From: Candidatus Eiseniibacteriota bacterium
GTDB taxonomy: Bacteria; Eisenbacteria; RBG-16-71-46
Direction: 5' to 3'
NCBI GenBank assembly: GCA_963717505.1
Contig: OY970342.1
Location: 2,592,001 to 2,656,000, forward strand
DNA: 64,000 nt
A program made the translations under genes and the position numbers. Position 1 is the stretch's first letter; every line of letters begins with the position of its first letter. The notes under the pieces were generated by a model. The model was given only the letters and a program-made list of their open reading frames with translations, was not told the origin of the DNA and ran no database searches. This document shows positions 16,673 to 26,613 of this stretch, piece after piece.

Positions 16673-17977
16673 CTAGCGCTCCACCACCCGGAACTTGGCG
16701 TAGACGAACGGATAGTGCGGTTGGAACCAGTTGCGGAAGGAACGGCGCAACATGCAGGCGGCGGTGCGCGGGGAGCCGCCCTTCATGACGTAGTGTTTGC
16801 CATCGAAGAAGTTCGCCGAATACCCGGGGTAGAAGGCGTAGGGCTGGAATCCGGCAAACGGAGCGAACACGGTTTCGGTCCACTCCCAGCCGTTGCCCAC
16901 CAGGTCGGCCACCCCGAACGCACTGTCCCCGGCCGGATAGGCCCCGACCGGAGCCGGATCCCAGTGCGCGAAATCGAAGTTCCCTCGCGACCGATCGGGC
17001 GGCTGCTCACCCCACGGGAACTCGCGCTCGGTCCCTTCCGGGGTTCCGAACGCCGCTCGGTGGTACTCGGCTTCGGTCGGCAGGGAGCCGCCGCGCCAGC
17101 GGACGAATGCTCGCGCCTCGGCGTGGCTCGAATAGACGGGTTCGTCCGGAGCGAGCGGGCGATCGCCGAACATTCCCTGCCAGAGCCAGCCCGAGCCGCT
17201 CGGCTTCCAAAAGCGTGGATAAGTTATCCGCTGCCGTTCGCGCCACGCCCAGGCCTCGTCGTCCCATAGCTCGGAACGGGAGTAGCCGCCGTCCTCTATG
17301 AACGCCAGGTACTCGCCATTCGAGACACTGTCGGCATCGATGACGAACGCCGGCACGTCGACCGAGTGCTCGAGGAACTCGTTGTCCCATCCGAACCCCT
17401 CGCCGCGACCACGGCCCAGAGTCGCCGCTCCGGCCGGAATGCGCACTGCGGGTCGCCGGGTGCGCCCCGAGGGTATCGAGGTCTCGACCTGCGCGTGCTT
17501 CCGGTCGGCCGGCATCTGATGAAGCATGTAGGCGAGTGTTTCGACGTGCATCAATCGGTGCTCGATCGCGGTTTCGAGCCGGACGGCCGATTCCGGGTTC
17601 GCGCCGGTGTCGTCACCGACGCATTCGTCGATCCTGCGTCGAACCGTCGCCCGGTAGTCGTACACGATGGACAAGTCGGGCCAGGCGGAGGGCGGATCCG
17701 AAGGCAGCGCGCCATCGACCGGATCGATTCCGAACGCGAACAACCGGTCGAGGGCGTCGTCGAACGGCTCGACCCGGAATCCGTCGCGGGCGATCAGGTT
17801 CCAGTCGAAGGCCTCGAGATGACCGATGTAGAAAACGATGCGGTGCCGCTCCGGGATCGGGCGCTCGTAGAGCGCTTCGCGACGCACGCACTGAAAGAGC
17901 CGGTCGGAGGACTCGCGGGCCTCGGCCAGTCGGCCCGCGAGCGCGGCTGGGGGTTCGGTGGAGCGGACAACGGTCAT
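16673..17977 (-). CDS. egtB: Sulfoxide synthase, EgtB/OvoA family (DinB-like + FGE-sulfatase domains)
   Basis: ERPIPERHRIVFYIGHLEAF, iron motif HRLMHVETL, LPTEAEY, DLVGNGWEWT...FQPYAFYPGYSANFFDGKHYVMKGGS...RRSFRNWF. Adjacent to egtD. Confidence 0.85.
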   Translation of the reverse strand: MTVVRSTEPPAALAGRLAEARESSDRLFQCVRREALYERPIPERHRIVFYIGHLEAFDWNLIARDGFRVEPFDDALDRLFAFGIDPVDGALPSDPPSAWPDLSIVYDYRATVRRRIDECVGDDTGANPESAVRLETAIEHRLMHVETLAYMLHQMPADRKHAQVETSIPSGRTRRPAVRIPAGAATLGRGRGEGFGWDNEFLEHSVDVPAFVIDADSVSNGEYLAFIEDGGYSRSELWDDEAWAWRERQRITYPRFWKPSGSGWLWQGMFGDRPLAPDEPVYSSHAEARAFVRWRGGSLPTEAEYHRAAFGTPEGTEREFPWGEQPPDRSRGNFDFAHWDPAPVGAYPAGDSAFGVADLVGNGWEWTETVFAPFAGFQPYAFYPGYSANFFDGKHYVMKGGSPRTAACMLRRSFRNWFQPHYPFVYAKFRVVER

Positions 17978-18110
17978 CGCAGGGCCCCCTTCATCGGCTC
18001 GGTCGTACGCCGGTGCCATTGCGGCTCGAACGAGCCGGAGATGGTCCGGATGGCCAGAAGCGCCTGAAGCCTACCACCCGATCCCGGGAGCGGGGAGGGT
18101 GCTGGACGAA

Positions 18111-18142
18111 CGGCCACCCTCGCCCAGCGGCGGGGGTGGCCG
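18111..18142. terminator. GC-rich hairpin between the protease gene and egtB
   Basis: CGGCCACCC...GGGTGGCCG inverted repeat with an inner CGCC/GGCG stem; no U-tract. Confidence 0.35.
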
Positions 18143-18166
18143 TCGAATGCCTGCGGGAGGTGGAGC

Positions 18167-21091
18167 CTAGCGGACGACCAACACGGCTTCCGAGGCTCGT
18201 GCGCCCGCCTGGGACAACCGGGCGAAGTAGGGTCCGTTGGGAACCAGTCGACCGCGGTCGTCCCGGCCATCCCACACCGCTGTGTGTTCGCCGGGCTCGA
18301 CCTCGGCATCGATCACCGAGCGGATCGAGCGTCCCTGGATGTCGAAGATGGTCAGCTCCACGCGGCCGCGCTCCGCCACGCGGTAGCGCAGCGACGTCGA
18401 GGACCGGAGTGGATTCGGAGACGGACGCGCGAGCGCGAAGGTGCCGGTGGCGGCCGGGTCTTCGACCGACACGGTCGGATCGAACCCGTAGATGGCGAAG
18501 TCGTCGACCAGCGCTTCGACCAGAGACCCCAGCAGCTTGTCGGTCGCGATGAAGCGGACCTTCATGTTGGCGGTCGGCGTCACGTAGTCGTGAATGAAGA
18601 ACATGGATCGGTACCACGACCGGTCGGCGAGCAGCGTGTTCTCGACCGTGGTCCAGCTGGTGCCACCGTTGCTCGAGATCTGAACGATCCACAGATCGTC
18701 CTCGATCGGATTGTCGCCGCCGTTGTTGGTGTACCAGCGATGGAAGCTCACGACCGGCCGCACGAGGCCGCCGGCCACGCCGCTGAAGGTCGCGGAAGTC
18801 AGCGTGGTATTGCCGCCGTCGACGTCGTATGTGCCGGGGTAGAAGCTGGTGCGGTGGTCGGTGACGTAACACAGGGTCCCGCCCGGGGAATGATCAGCGG
18901 AGGGTTGGATGTTCGTGAGTTCCGGAGCGGCCCGTTCCCAGACGCCACTGGTCGCACTGTCGGTCGGGGCGCCCACGGTCCAGCCCTGGTTGGTCTCGAA
19001 GTTGTTCTCGAGCATCAACGAGTACAGCCCACCCAGGAACTTGTGATTCCGGGTTGGCGCGCCCCACGGCTCGATCTGGACGCCACCGTCCTCGGTCCTG
19101 GCCTGCACGTAGTAGCGAATGATTGCCGAGGCCTGCTGCGGCACCTGGGCGCCGTACTCGTCTGGATTCCCGGTCGGGAACATCGGGAACGAGTTGAAGG
19201 GGCTGCCATTGACCGAGTAGTAGAAGACCGGCGAGAACGTGTCGAGCGCACCGATCGGTCCGTTGTAGGTGATCACGGCGTTGACCGGGAACGGGCCGAT
19301 GCTGTTCTCGTCGGCCGCGGTGACGTCGATGTCGATGAAGAAATTCGTGCCGATGCCGTGGGCATTGAACGCGTTGACGATCGTCGTGTAGTGCGGTGTA
19401 CCGTTCGCCAGGTTGCCATCGGTGTCGTCCGCGACCAGGACCTCGATGAAGTACTCGCTGAGCGCGACGCCGTCATTGAGATCGTCGGGGGTGCCGTACT
19501 TCGCGAAGTGAGCGAGGCGGCGAGCGGTGGTCAGCCCCAGGGCTACCCGGATGTCCCACATGGCCCCGGCCACGATCAGGCCGGTCTCGTGGGCCGAGAC
19601 CGGGTTCTGCTTGTCCGGGTAGCGATACGTGTTGTTCACGGAACGGACGAAGGTGCCGGGTCCGAAGATGCCCTTGCCGAACGTGGGATTGTCCTGAAAG
19701 AGGGTGGCGTTGATATCGGCTGTTCCCTCCTGCAGGGCGTAGTTGTCCATGCCGCCTGAGATGCCTTGTGAGAAGTAGAGGTTGTCGTTGATGGCGTGCC
19801 CGTACTCGTGGTAGAGGAAGTCGGGCATTGTCGCGGTGGCCGGACAGCCGTCGCCGGCCGACAGGAACTGCAGCGCGAAACCGTCCCAGAACGCATTGCA
19901 GTGGTCGTCGTGGTCGACGTAGCAGAGGATGCTGTAGTCGGTGGCCGTGAACGCGGGATCGACCGATTTGACGAAATCGCGCGCGAGGTTCAGGTGGTAG
20001 AAGGCGTCGCGCTCCGAGTCCGTCGAATTGGAGATGGTCCAGCCGATGTTGACGGTCGCCGGGTTGGCCGCGGACTGGGCAAAGAACGCCTCGTTGCTCG
20101 GGCAGATGTCGAGCACGCAACGCTCGACGTCGAGATAGGGACCGCGGATTCCGGCCTGAACCTGCTGGGTTCCTATGACGTTGGCAGTGTACACGCCGGC
20201 GGCGTTGGTGGTGTCGGTCACCGCGCCGACCGTGACCAGCGCGTTGCCGAACGACCGTGTGGTCAGCGCGTCGGTCGGCAAGTTGAGATGGACTTGACCG
20301 TTCACCGTGCCGCCGATCGCCGCGAAGATGCGATTGCGGCGCATCAGGATCTCGCCGGTATGCGCGTCGACCAGCGTCTTCCAATTGCCGATGGGCTTCA
20401 CCGTGCGCACCCAGACTTCGTATACCAGGCGATACTCGAGGCCTTCGCTCCCGGAGTAGGGAAGAATGTAGAGGTCGCCGCCCTCGATGCGGTCGCGGGT
20501 GGCATCGAACGCGAGTCCGTTGCGCGCCGCTTCGCGCGCGACCGCGAACGGAATGCGCGGGGACGTCACGAGCGACGAACTGGGCTCGTGGGCATCCGCC
20601 CCGAACAACATGAGCCCACCGTTGGCACCGACGCGGAACTCCCAATCGGAGTAGAGCACCGGGATGCCGGCCACGGTCTGCCGATAGCGGACGTACCAGA
20701 GGTCGTTGACCCGCGTCGCCTTGGCTAGCTCGAGGTTGGGGCGGCCGCCGAACAGATCGGGGTTCTGTGTGATGAAGCCGCGAACCGCGCGATCGGCGCC
20801 GACCTCATCGTTCTGGAAGTTCGCCAGCGCGACCGGCGGGCCGTACGCGCGATGCGGAGTCCGCGTGACTTCGTTCCAGACGGCTCTCCATGCGCCGTAC
20901 CGCGAACGAAAGCCCGTCCATTCGACCCCGCGGGACAGCTCCTGCTGGATCTTGGCGCGGCGCGCTTCGGGAATTCCTCGGAGTTCGATGGTCCCTTCGC
21001 TGGGAGCGGTCGGGACCGCGGCCTGAACGATGGGGGCGGCGAGGGCAAGCAGGACGGGAGCCGTCCACGCCAGTCTTCTCAGCGACGGCAT
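18167..21091 (-). CDS. Secreted M4/M36-like zinc metalloprotease with FTP/PepSY-like propeptide and C-terminal FlgD-Ig domain
   Basis: YVRYRQTVAGIPV, LVDAHTGEIL, CNAFWDG, YHEYGH...LQEGTAD, and C-terminal SPNPLRS...WDGRDDRG...GPYFARL. RBS GGAGGTG before ATG 21091. Confidence 0.85.
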   Translation of the reverse strand: MPSLRRLAWTAPVLLALAAPIVQAAVPTAPSEGTIELRGIPEARRAKIQQELSRGVEWTGFRSRYGAWRAVWNEVTRTPHRAYGPPVALANFQNDEVGADRAVRGFITQNPDLFGGRPNLELAKATRVNDLWYVRYRQTVAGIPVLYSDWEFRVGANGGLMLFGADAHEPSSSLVTSPRIPFAVAREAARNGLAFDATRDRIEGGDLYILPYSGSEGLEYRLVYEVWVRTVKPIGNWKTLVDAHTGEILMRRNRIFAAIGGTVNGQVHLNLPTDALTTRSFGNALVTVGAVTDTTNAAGVYTANVIGTQQVQAGIRGPYLDVERCVLDICPSNEAFFAQSAANPATVNIGWTISNSTDSERDAFYHLNLARDFVKSVDPAFTATDYSILCYVDHDDHCNAFWDGFALQFLSAGDGCPATATMPDFLYHEYGHAINDNLYFSQGISGGMDNYALQEGTADINATLFQDNPTFGKGIFGPGTFVRSVNNTYRYPDKQNPVSAHETGLIVAGAMWDIRVALGLTTARRLAHFAKYGTPDDLNDGVALSEYFIEVLVADDTDGNLANGTPHYTTIVNAFNAHGIGTNFFIDIDVTAADENSIGPFPVNAVITYNGPIGALDTFSPVFYYSVNGSPFNSFPMFPTGNPDEYGAQVPQQASAIIRYYVQARTEDGGVQIEPWGAPTRNHKFLGGLYSLMLENNFETNQGWTVGAPTDSATSGVWERAAPELTNIQPSADHSPGGTLCYVTDHRTSFYPGTYDVDGGNTTLTSATFSGVAGGLVRPVVSFHRWYTNNGGDNPIEDDLWIVQISSNGGTSWTTVENTLLADRSWYRSMFFIHDYVTPTANMKVRFIATDKLLGSLVEALVDDFAIYGFDPTVSVEDPAATGTFALARPSPNPLRSSTSLRYRVAERGRVELTIFDIQGRSIRSVIDAEVEPGEHTAVWDGRDDRGRLVPNGPYFARLSQAGARASEAVLVVR

Positions 21092-21423
21092 GACACCTCC
21101 TAGGGGGGCTACACGCAAGCCGTAGATGGGTGTTCCCGGCGCGACCGTGAACAAAGAGGATGAGGGCACAATCAACAACAACCACCGCGTCGAAGGGGTG
21201 ACGGGGATGGCGGTGTTTCAGGGCGGCAAGACTATCTCACGAACGGGCCCGACGCGACAACCCCTTTGTGCAGGGCAAGGCGTTGGCCCATGCAGTATTG
21301 CAAGCCTTCGCCGGTCCGGACTTCCGGGGGTTGCACTCCCTACGGGAGGGGGGGCATCCTGCCCCGGATTCGACGGCCCGGGCGGCTCCCCGGTCCCCGG
21401 CACTCGCTCGACGGAGGCGGCTC

Positions 21424-21825
21424 ATGCTCAAAGAGTTCAAGGAGTTCCTGCTCAAGACCAACGCTCTGGCTTTGGCGGTTGGTGTCATCATCGGCGCGGC
21501 CGTCGGCAAGGTGGTGAGCTCCCTGGTCAGCGACATCCTTATGCCGCTGATCGGCGTGGCGCTACCGGGGGGCGCGTGGCGGGAACAGAAGCTGGTCCTG
21601 AGCGCCAACCCCGACGGCAGTGCGGCGAACGCCATCACCTATGGGGCATTCCTTGGGAATATCGTGGACTTCGTGATCGTCGCGTTCGTCGTGTTCATGA
21701 TCACGAAGGCCATGCTCAAGCCGGCCCCGGCGCCTCCGGGCGCTCCGACCAAATCGTGCCCGGCCTGTCTGGAGACGATTCCCCAGGCCGCCACCCGCTG
21801 CCGGGCCTGCACGAGTCCGGTGTAG
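21424..21825 (+). CDS. mscL: Large-conductance mechanosensitive channel with C-terminal CxxC..CxxC tail
   Basis: MLKEFKEFLLKTNALALAVGVIIGAAVGKVVSSLVSDILMPLIG...YGAFLGNIVDFVIVAF. RBS GGAGG. Confidence 0.93.
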   Translation: MLKEFKEFLLKTNALALAVGVIIGAAVGKVVSSLVSDILMPLIGVALPGGAWREQKLVLSANPDGSAANAITYGAFLGNIVDFVIVAFVVFMITKAMLKPAPAPPGAPTKSCPACLETIPQAATRCRACTSPV

Positions 21826-21935
21826 CTTTCCGGATCGGGTCGCGGGGCTGGAAGGGTTTTCCTTCGAGCCGATCGGGCAAAACGAGACGGGCGGCGCTTA
21901 CGCGCCGCCCGTTACGGTGAGGCGGTTCCCCGGGC

Positions 21936-22139
21936 CTACGACGACCGGCGGACGTTGCCTGCCTGCAGTCCCTTCGGACCGCGGCTGACTTCGAATTCAA
22001 CCGTATCGCCCTCGGCCAGCGTGCGGAATCCATCGCCCTGGATCGCCGAATAGTGAACGAACACGTCGTCACCACCATCCTGCGAAATGAAGCCGAAGCC
22101 CTTCGTCTCGTTGAACCACTTCACCCGACCGGTTGCCAC
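21936..22139 (-). CDS. Cold-shock protein (CspA family)
   Basis: [15 protein letters not shown]...[20 protein letters not shown]...GPKGLQA. Confidence 0.97.
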   Translation of the reverse strand: MATGRVKWFNETKGFGFISQDGGDDVFVHYSAIQGDGFRTLAEGDTVEFEVSRGPKGLQAGNVRRSS

Positions 22140-22242
22140 GTTGAATACTCCTTGCGATTTCCTGCGGACTCTCGCCCGCGACTACTGCCGTCCAGACGCG
22201 ACGGCGACGCCCGGTCCCTGTGACCGGGTCTCGGCGCGGCTC

Positions 22243-22270
22243 AAAGAAAAGCCGCCAGGTTCCTGGCGGC
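22243..22270 (-). terminator. Intrinsic terminator within the csp leader
   Basis: Minus strand GCCGCCAG-GAAC-CTGGCGGC followed by TTTTCTTT. Confidence 0.7.
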
Positions 22271-22307
22271 TGCTGGCCTCATATGGCGCCCCACCGAAGA
22301 CGGCCGG

Positions 22308-22336
22308 AGTATCGGCACGCCCGAGCGTTCAGTCAA
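22308..22336 (-). promoter_or_regulatory. Sigma70-like promoter for csp
   Basis: TTGACT-17 nt-GATACT on the minus strand. Confidence 0.55.
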
Positions 22337-22493
22337 GGCCTGTCTGGAAACGGCAAAGCCGGCCGCGCGTTCCGCACCCAAGGTCGTCGCCGCAAATGCC
22401 GAAGAATCCAACGGATCCGCGCGTTCCCCGACTCCGGCCCGAGTCGGTTTTCGTGATAACCTCCGCGCCCACGTTCCGGCCCTCGAGGATCTC

Positions 22494-25271
22494 GTGACCG
22501 ACCCGCTCGACGCCATCCACCAGGCCAACGCGGCCTACATCGACCGCCTTTACGACCGCTTTCGGGAGGATCCGACCTCGGTCCCGCCCGACTGGGCCGT
22601 GTTCTTTGCCGGCTTCGAGTTGGGCGGCGCACGCGGGCTCGCTCCTGTCGCCGGCGTAACCACCGGCGGCGTCATCGGGCTCGTGCACGCGTACCGGGAA
22701 TTCGGCCACCGGATCGCCCGGATCGACCCGCTGAGCGAGCCCCCGCCCGAGCGCAGGCAGCTCGATCCCGCGGCCCATGGCCTGTCCCCGGCCGACCTGG
22801 ACCGGCCGCTGGGGAACCACCCGTTCCGCGGGCCCGTGAACGGTGTGGTGCGCGACTTGATCACGGCCCTGCGCGACACCTACTGCGGCTCGATCGGCGT
22901 CGAGTTCATGGGGATCCCCGAGCGCGAGCGACGCGAATGGCTCCAGGAGCGCATGGAGTCGGTCCGCAACCGTCCCGTCTTCGAGCCCGCGGCGCGTGTC
23001 AACCTGCTGCAGGGACTGCGGGTCGCCGACGCCTTCGAGCAGTTCCTGCACGTGAAGTACGTAGGACAGAAACGATTCTCGCTCGAAGGCGCCGCCACGC
23101 TGATTCCGATGCTCGAGACTCTGGTCGACGCGGCCGCGGCGATCGGAGTCCAGCAGATCGTGATCGGAATGCCCCATCGTGGCCGGCTCAACGTCCTGGC
23201 CAACGTCCTGCACAAGCCACTCGATGTGATCTTCGGCGAGTTCGAGGCGAATTTCGCGCCCGGTGATGTGCAGGGCCACGGGGACGTAAAGTACCACCTC
23301 GGCTATTCGACGCTGCGCACCACCGCCGACGGCCGCGCGATCGATCTGGATCTCAACTTCAATCCCAGCCACCTCGAGTTCGTGAATCCGGTGGTCCTCG
23401 GCTCGATGCGCGCGCGCCAGGACCACATGGGGGATTCGCGAGCGATCGCGCGGTATTCCGGTGCTGATCCATGGCGACGCCGCCTTCTCGGGCGAGGGCA
23501 TCGTGCCCGAGACCCTGGTGCTCGCTCAGCTGCCCGCCTATCGCACCGGCGGAACCATTCACATCCTGGTCAACAACCAGATCGGCTTCACCACCTCGCC
23601 CTCGGACGTCCGCGCCTACGCGCTACTGCACCGACATGGCCCGCGCGATCGACGCCCCGGTGTTCCACGTCAATGGCGACGATCCCGAAGCCGCGGTCCA
23701 TGCCGTGCGTCTGGCGGTCGCGTATCGCGACCAATTCAAATCGGACGCGATCGTGGATCTGATCTGCTATCGCAAACACGGCCACAACGAGATGGACGAT
23801 CCGACCTTCACCCAGCCGGTGATGTATCGAGCCATTGCGAGCCATGCCCCGGCATCGCGCCGCTACGCCGAGCGCCTGCAGGCCGAGGGCGTCCTCGAGC
23901 CGGCCACGCTCGAGGCGATGGATTCGGAGATCGACGAGCGGCTCCAGGCGGCGCATCGCCGAGCGCGCGCCACGCCGGGCACCAGCGAAGTGCCGCTGGG
24001 CGGAGCCTGGAACGGCCTCGAATGGGCCGGAGACGATTGGACGGCCGACACCTCGGTGGCTCGCGATCGGATCCACTCGGTGCTCGCCGGCATCACCCGG
24101 GTCCCCGAGGGTTTTCACGTCCATCCGCGCGCGGCGCGATTGCTCGAAGAGCGCGCCGCGATGGTGGCCCAGGACCGGATCGACTGGGGCTGCGGCGAGG
24201 CGCTGGCGCTCGGAACGCTGCTGATGGACGGATACAACGTGCGCCTGAGCGGGCAGGACACGGGACGCGGCACGTTCAGTCACCGCCATGCGGTCCTGCA
24301 CGACCACGAGAACGGGGCGCGCTGGGTGCCGCTCCAGCACCTGTCCGCCAACCAGGGCCGATTCGAGATCATCGACACCATGCTGAGCGAGGCGGCGGTC
24401 CTCGGGTTCGAATACGGCTACACGACCGCCGATCCCAACACGCTGGTGCTGTGGGAGGCTCAGTTCGGCGACTTCACCAACGTGGCTCAGGTGATCGTCG
24501 ACCAGTTTCTCGCCAGCGCCGAGTCGAAGTGGCGGCGGATGTCGGGTCTGGTGCTCCTGCTGCCCCACGGCTACGAGGGCCAGGGGCCTGAGCACTCGAG
24601 CGCCCGACTCGAGCGGTTCCTCGAGCTGTGCGCCGACGGCAATCTCCAGGTGTGCAATCTGACCACGCCGGCGCAGTTGTTCCACGCGCTGCGGCGCCAG
24701 CATACACCGCCGGTTCCGCAAGCCGCTGGTGCTGATGAGCCCGAAGAGCCTGCTGCGGCACAAGCGCGCGGTCTCGCCGGTCGCCGAGTTCATCGGCGGC
24801 AGCTTCCGCAACCTGATCGACGATGCCGGCGTCGGGGATCCGGAGTCGGTGCGCTCCGTGCTCCTGGTGTCCGGGAAGCTCTACTACGCGCTCGAGGAGG
24901 CACGCGAAGAGTCGGGCGTCCAGGGAGGCGGCGATCGTCCGGGTCGAGCAGCTCTATCCGTTCCCGCGACAGGAGCTGGCGAACCTGCTCAAACGCTACC
25001 CGCGTGCGCGCGAGGTGCGCTGGGTGCAGGAGGAGCCGGCCAACATGGGCGGATGGCGCAGTCTGCGCCACCGCATCGAATCGATCGTGCCGGCGGGGAT
25101 GTCCCTCAAGCTGGTCTCGCGTCCGGCGTCGCCGACGCCGGCGACCGGGTACTATCCCCGGCACGTCGAGGAGGAGCGATTGGTGATCGAACGGGCTCTG
25201 GCTGCGTCAGATGTGCACGCCGTCACCCCTGCGTCCCGGCGCGCCGGCCGGCCAACGGAGTGGGCGGATGA
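22494..25271 (+). CDS. sucA: 2-oxoglutarate dehydrogenase E1, broken by at least 4 frameshifts (probably sequencing indels; 3' end approximate)
   Basis: Consecutive fragments in shifting frames: [82 protein letters not shown]. Confidence 0.9.
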
Positions 25272-26613
25272 TGGTCGACGTCCAGGTTCCGCGACTTGCC
25301 GAGTCGATCTCCGAGGCCGTGCTGGTCGAGTGGCTGCAGCCTGACGGGGCCACCGTCCGCGCCGACGAGCCGATCGCCACACTCGAAACCGACAAGGCGG
25401 CGGTGGAAATCGCGGCGAGTTCCGCCGGCGTTCTGCGCCACGCTCGCAAGGTGGGCGAACGCGTGACGGTGGGCGATGTGCTGGCGCGGATCGAGGCCGG
25501 AGGGCCGGCCGAAGCCACGACTCAGGCCGGGCGGGCGCGCACCGGTGCCGCGTCCGCGGGAGCGGGCACGAGTCCGACGGTCGCCCCACCTGCACCCGCG
25601 CGCGAGGCGACCGCCCCCGCGTTGCCCGCGCGTCGCGACGCCTCGAGCAGCGGCAACGGCGGAACGCCGCCACTGTCCCCGGCGGTGCGGCGCCTGGTCG
25701 AGGAACACGGACTCGAACCCGGAGCCGTGCCCGGCACCGGCCAAGGCGGACGGTTGCTCAAGGAGGACGTGCTTCGCCATCTGGCGTCCGCCACTCCCGA
25801 ATCGGCTTCCGGGCCCGTGGCGCCTGCGGCTTCGACTCCCGTGATGCCGGCGGCCCCGGCCGCGACTCCGGCTTCGGCACGTGTCCCGGCGCCGGTATCG
25901 GCGGCCGGCGAAGAGGACGACGAAGTCGTGCCGATGAGCCGTATCCGGCAGCGCATCGCCGAGCGACTGGTGCAGGCGCAGCACACCGCCGCGATCCTGA
26001 CCACGTTCAACGAGATCGACATGACCGCGGTTCTGGATCTGCGCGCGCGCTATCGGAGCGGTTCGAGAAACAGCACGGCGTGCGCCTCGGGTTCATGAGC
26101 TTCTTCACGCGTGCCTGCGTCCTGGCGTTTCAGGACGTCCCCGCGCTCAATGCCGAGATCCGCGGCACCGACCTCGTGTTGCATCGCCGGGTTCACATGG
26201 GGGTCGCGGTCGGCACCGACCGCGAGGCCTGGTGGTGCCGGTGGTCCGCGACGCGCACCGGCGGACGTTCGCCGGGATCGAGCGCGAGGTCGAGCGGCTC
26301 GCGAGCCGGGCGCGCGACGGTTCCGCTGACCCTCGACGAGCTGACCGGCGGCACCTTCACGATCTCGAACGGTGGTGTCTACGGCTCGCTGCTCTCGACG
26401 CCGATCCTGAATCCGCCGCAGAGCGGGATCCTCGGCATGCACAAGATCGAGAAGCGCCCGATCGCGGTGAACGACGAGGTCGTGGTGCGGCCGATGATGT
26501 ACGTCGCGTTGTCGTACGACCACCGGATCGTGGACGGCGAGCAGGCGGTGACGTTCCTGGTGCGCGTCAAGGAGCGCCTCGAGGATCCCGAGCGGATGCT
26601 GTTCGAATTGTGA
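25268..26613 (+). CDS. sucB: Dihydrolipoyllysine succinyltransferase E2 (frameshifted)
   Basis: Lipoyl motif [21 protein letters not shown]...[12 protein letters not shown], catalytic [25 protein letters not shown]...SYDHRIVDG. About 3 frame changes near 26055-26320. Confidence 0.92.

Noticed and set aside
15695-17977. Selenoneine (senABC) cluster
   Set aside because: No SenB glycosyltransferase or SelD/SenC homolog is adjacent; only EgtB-like and EgtD genes are present.
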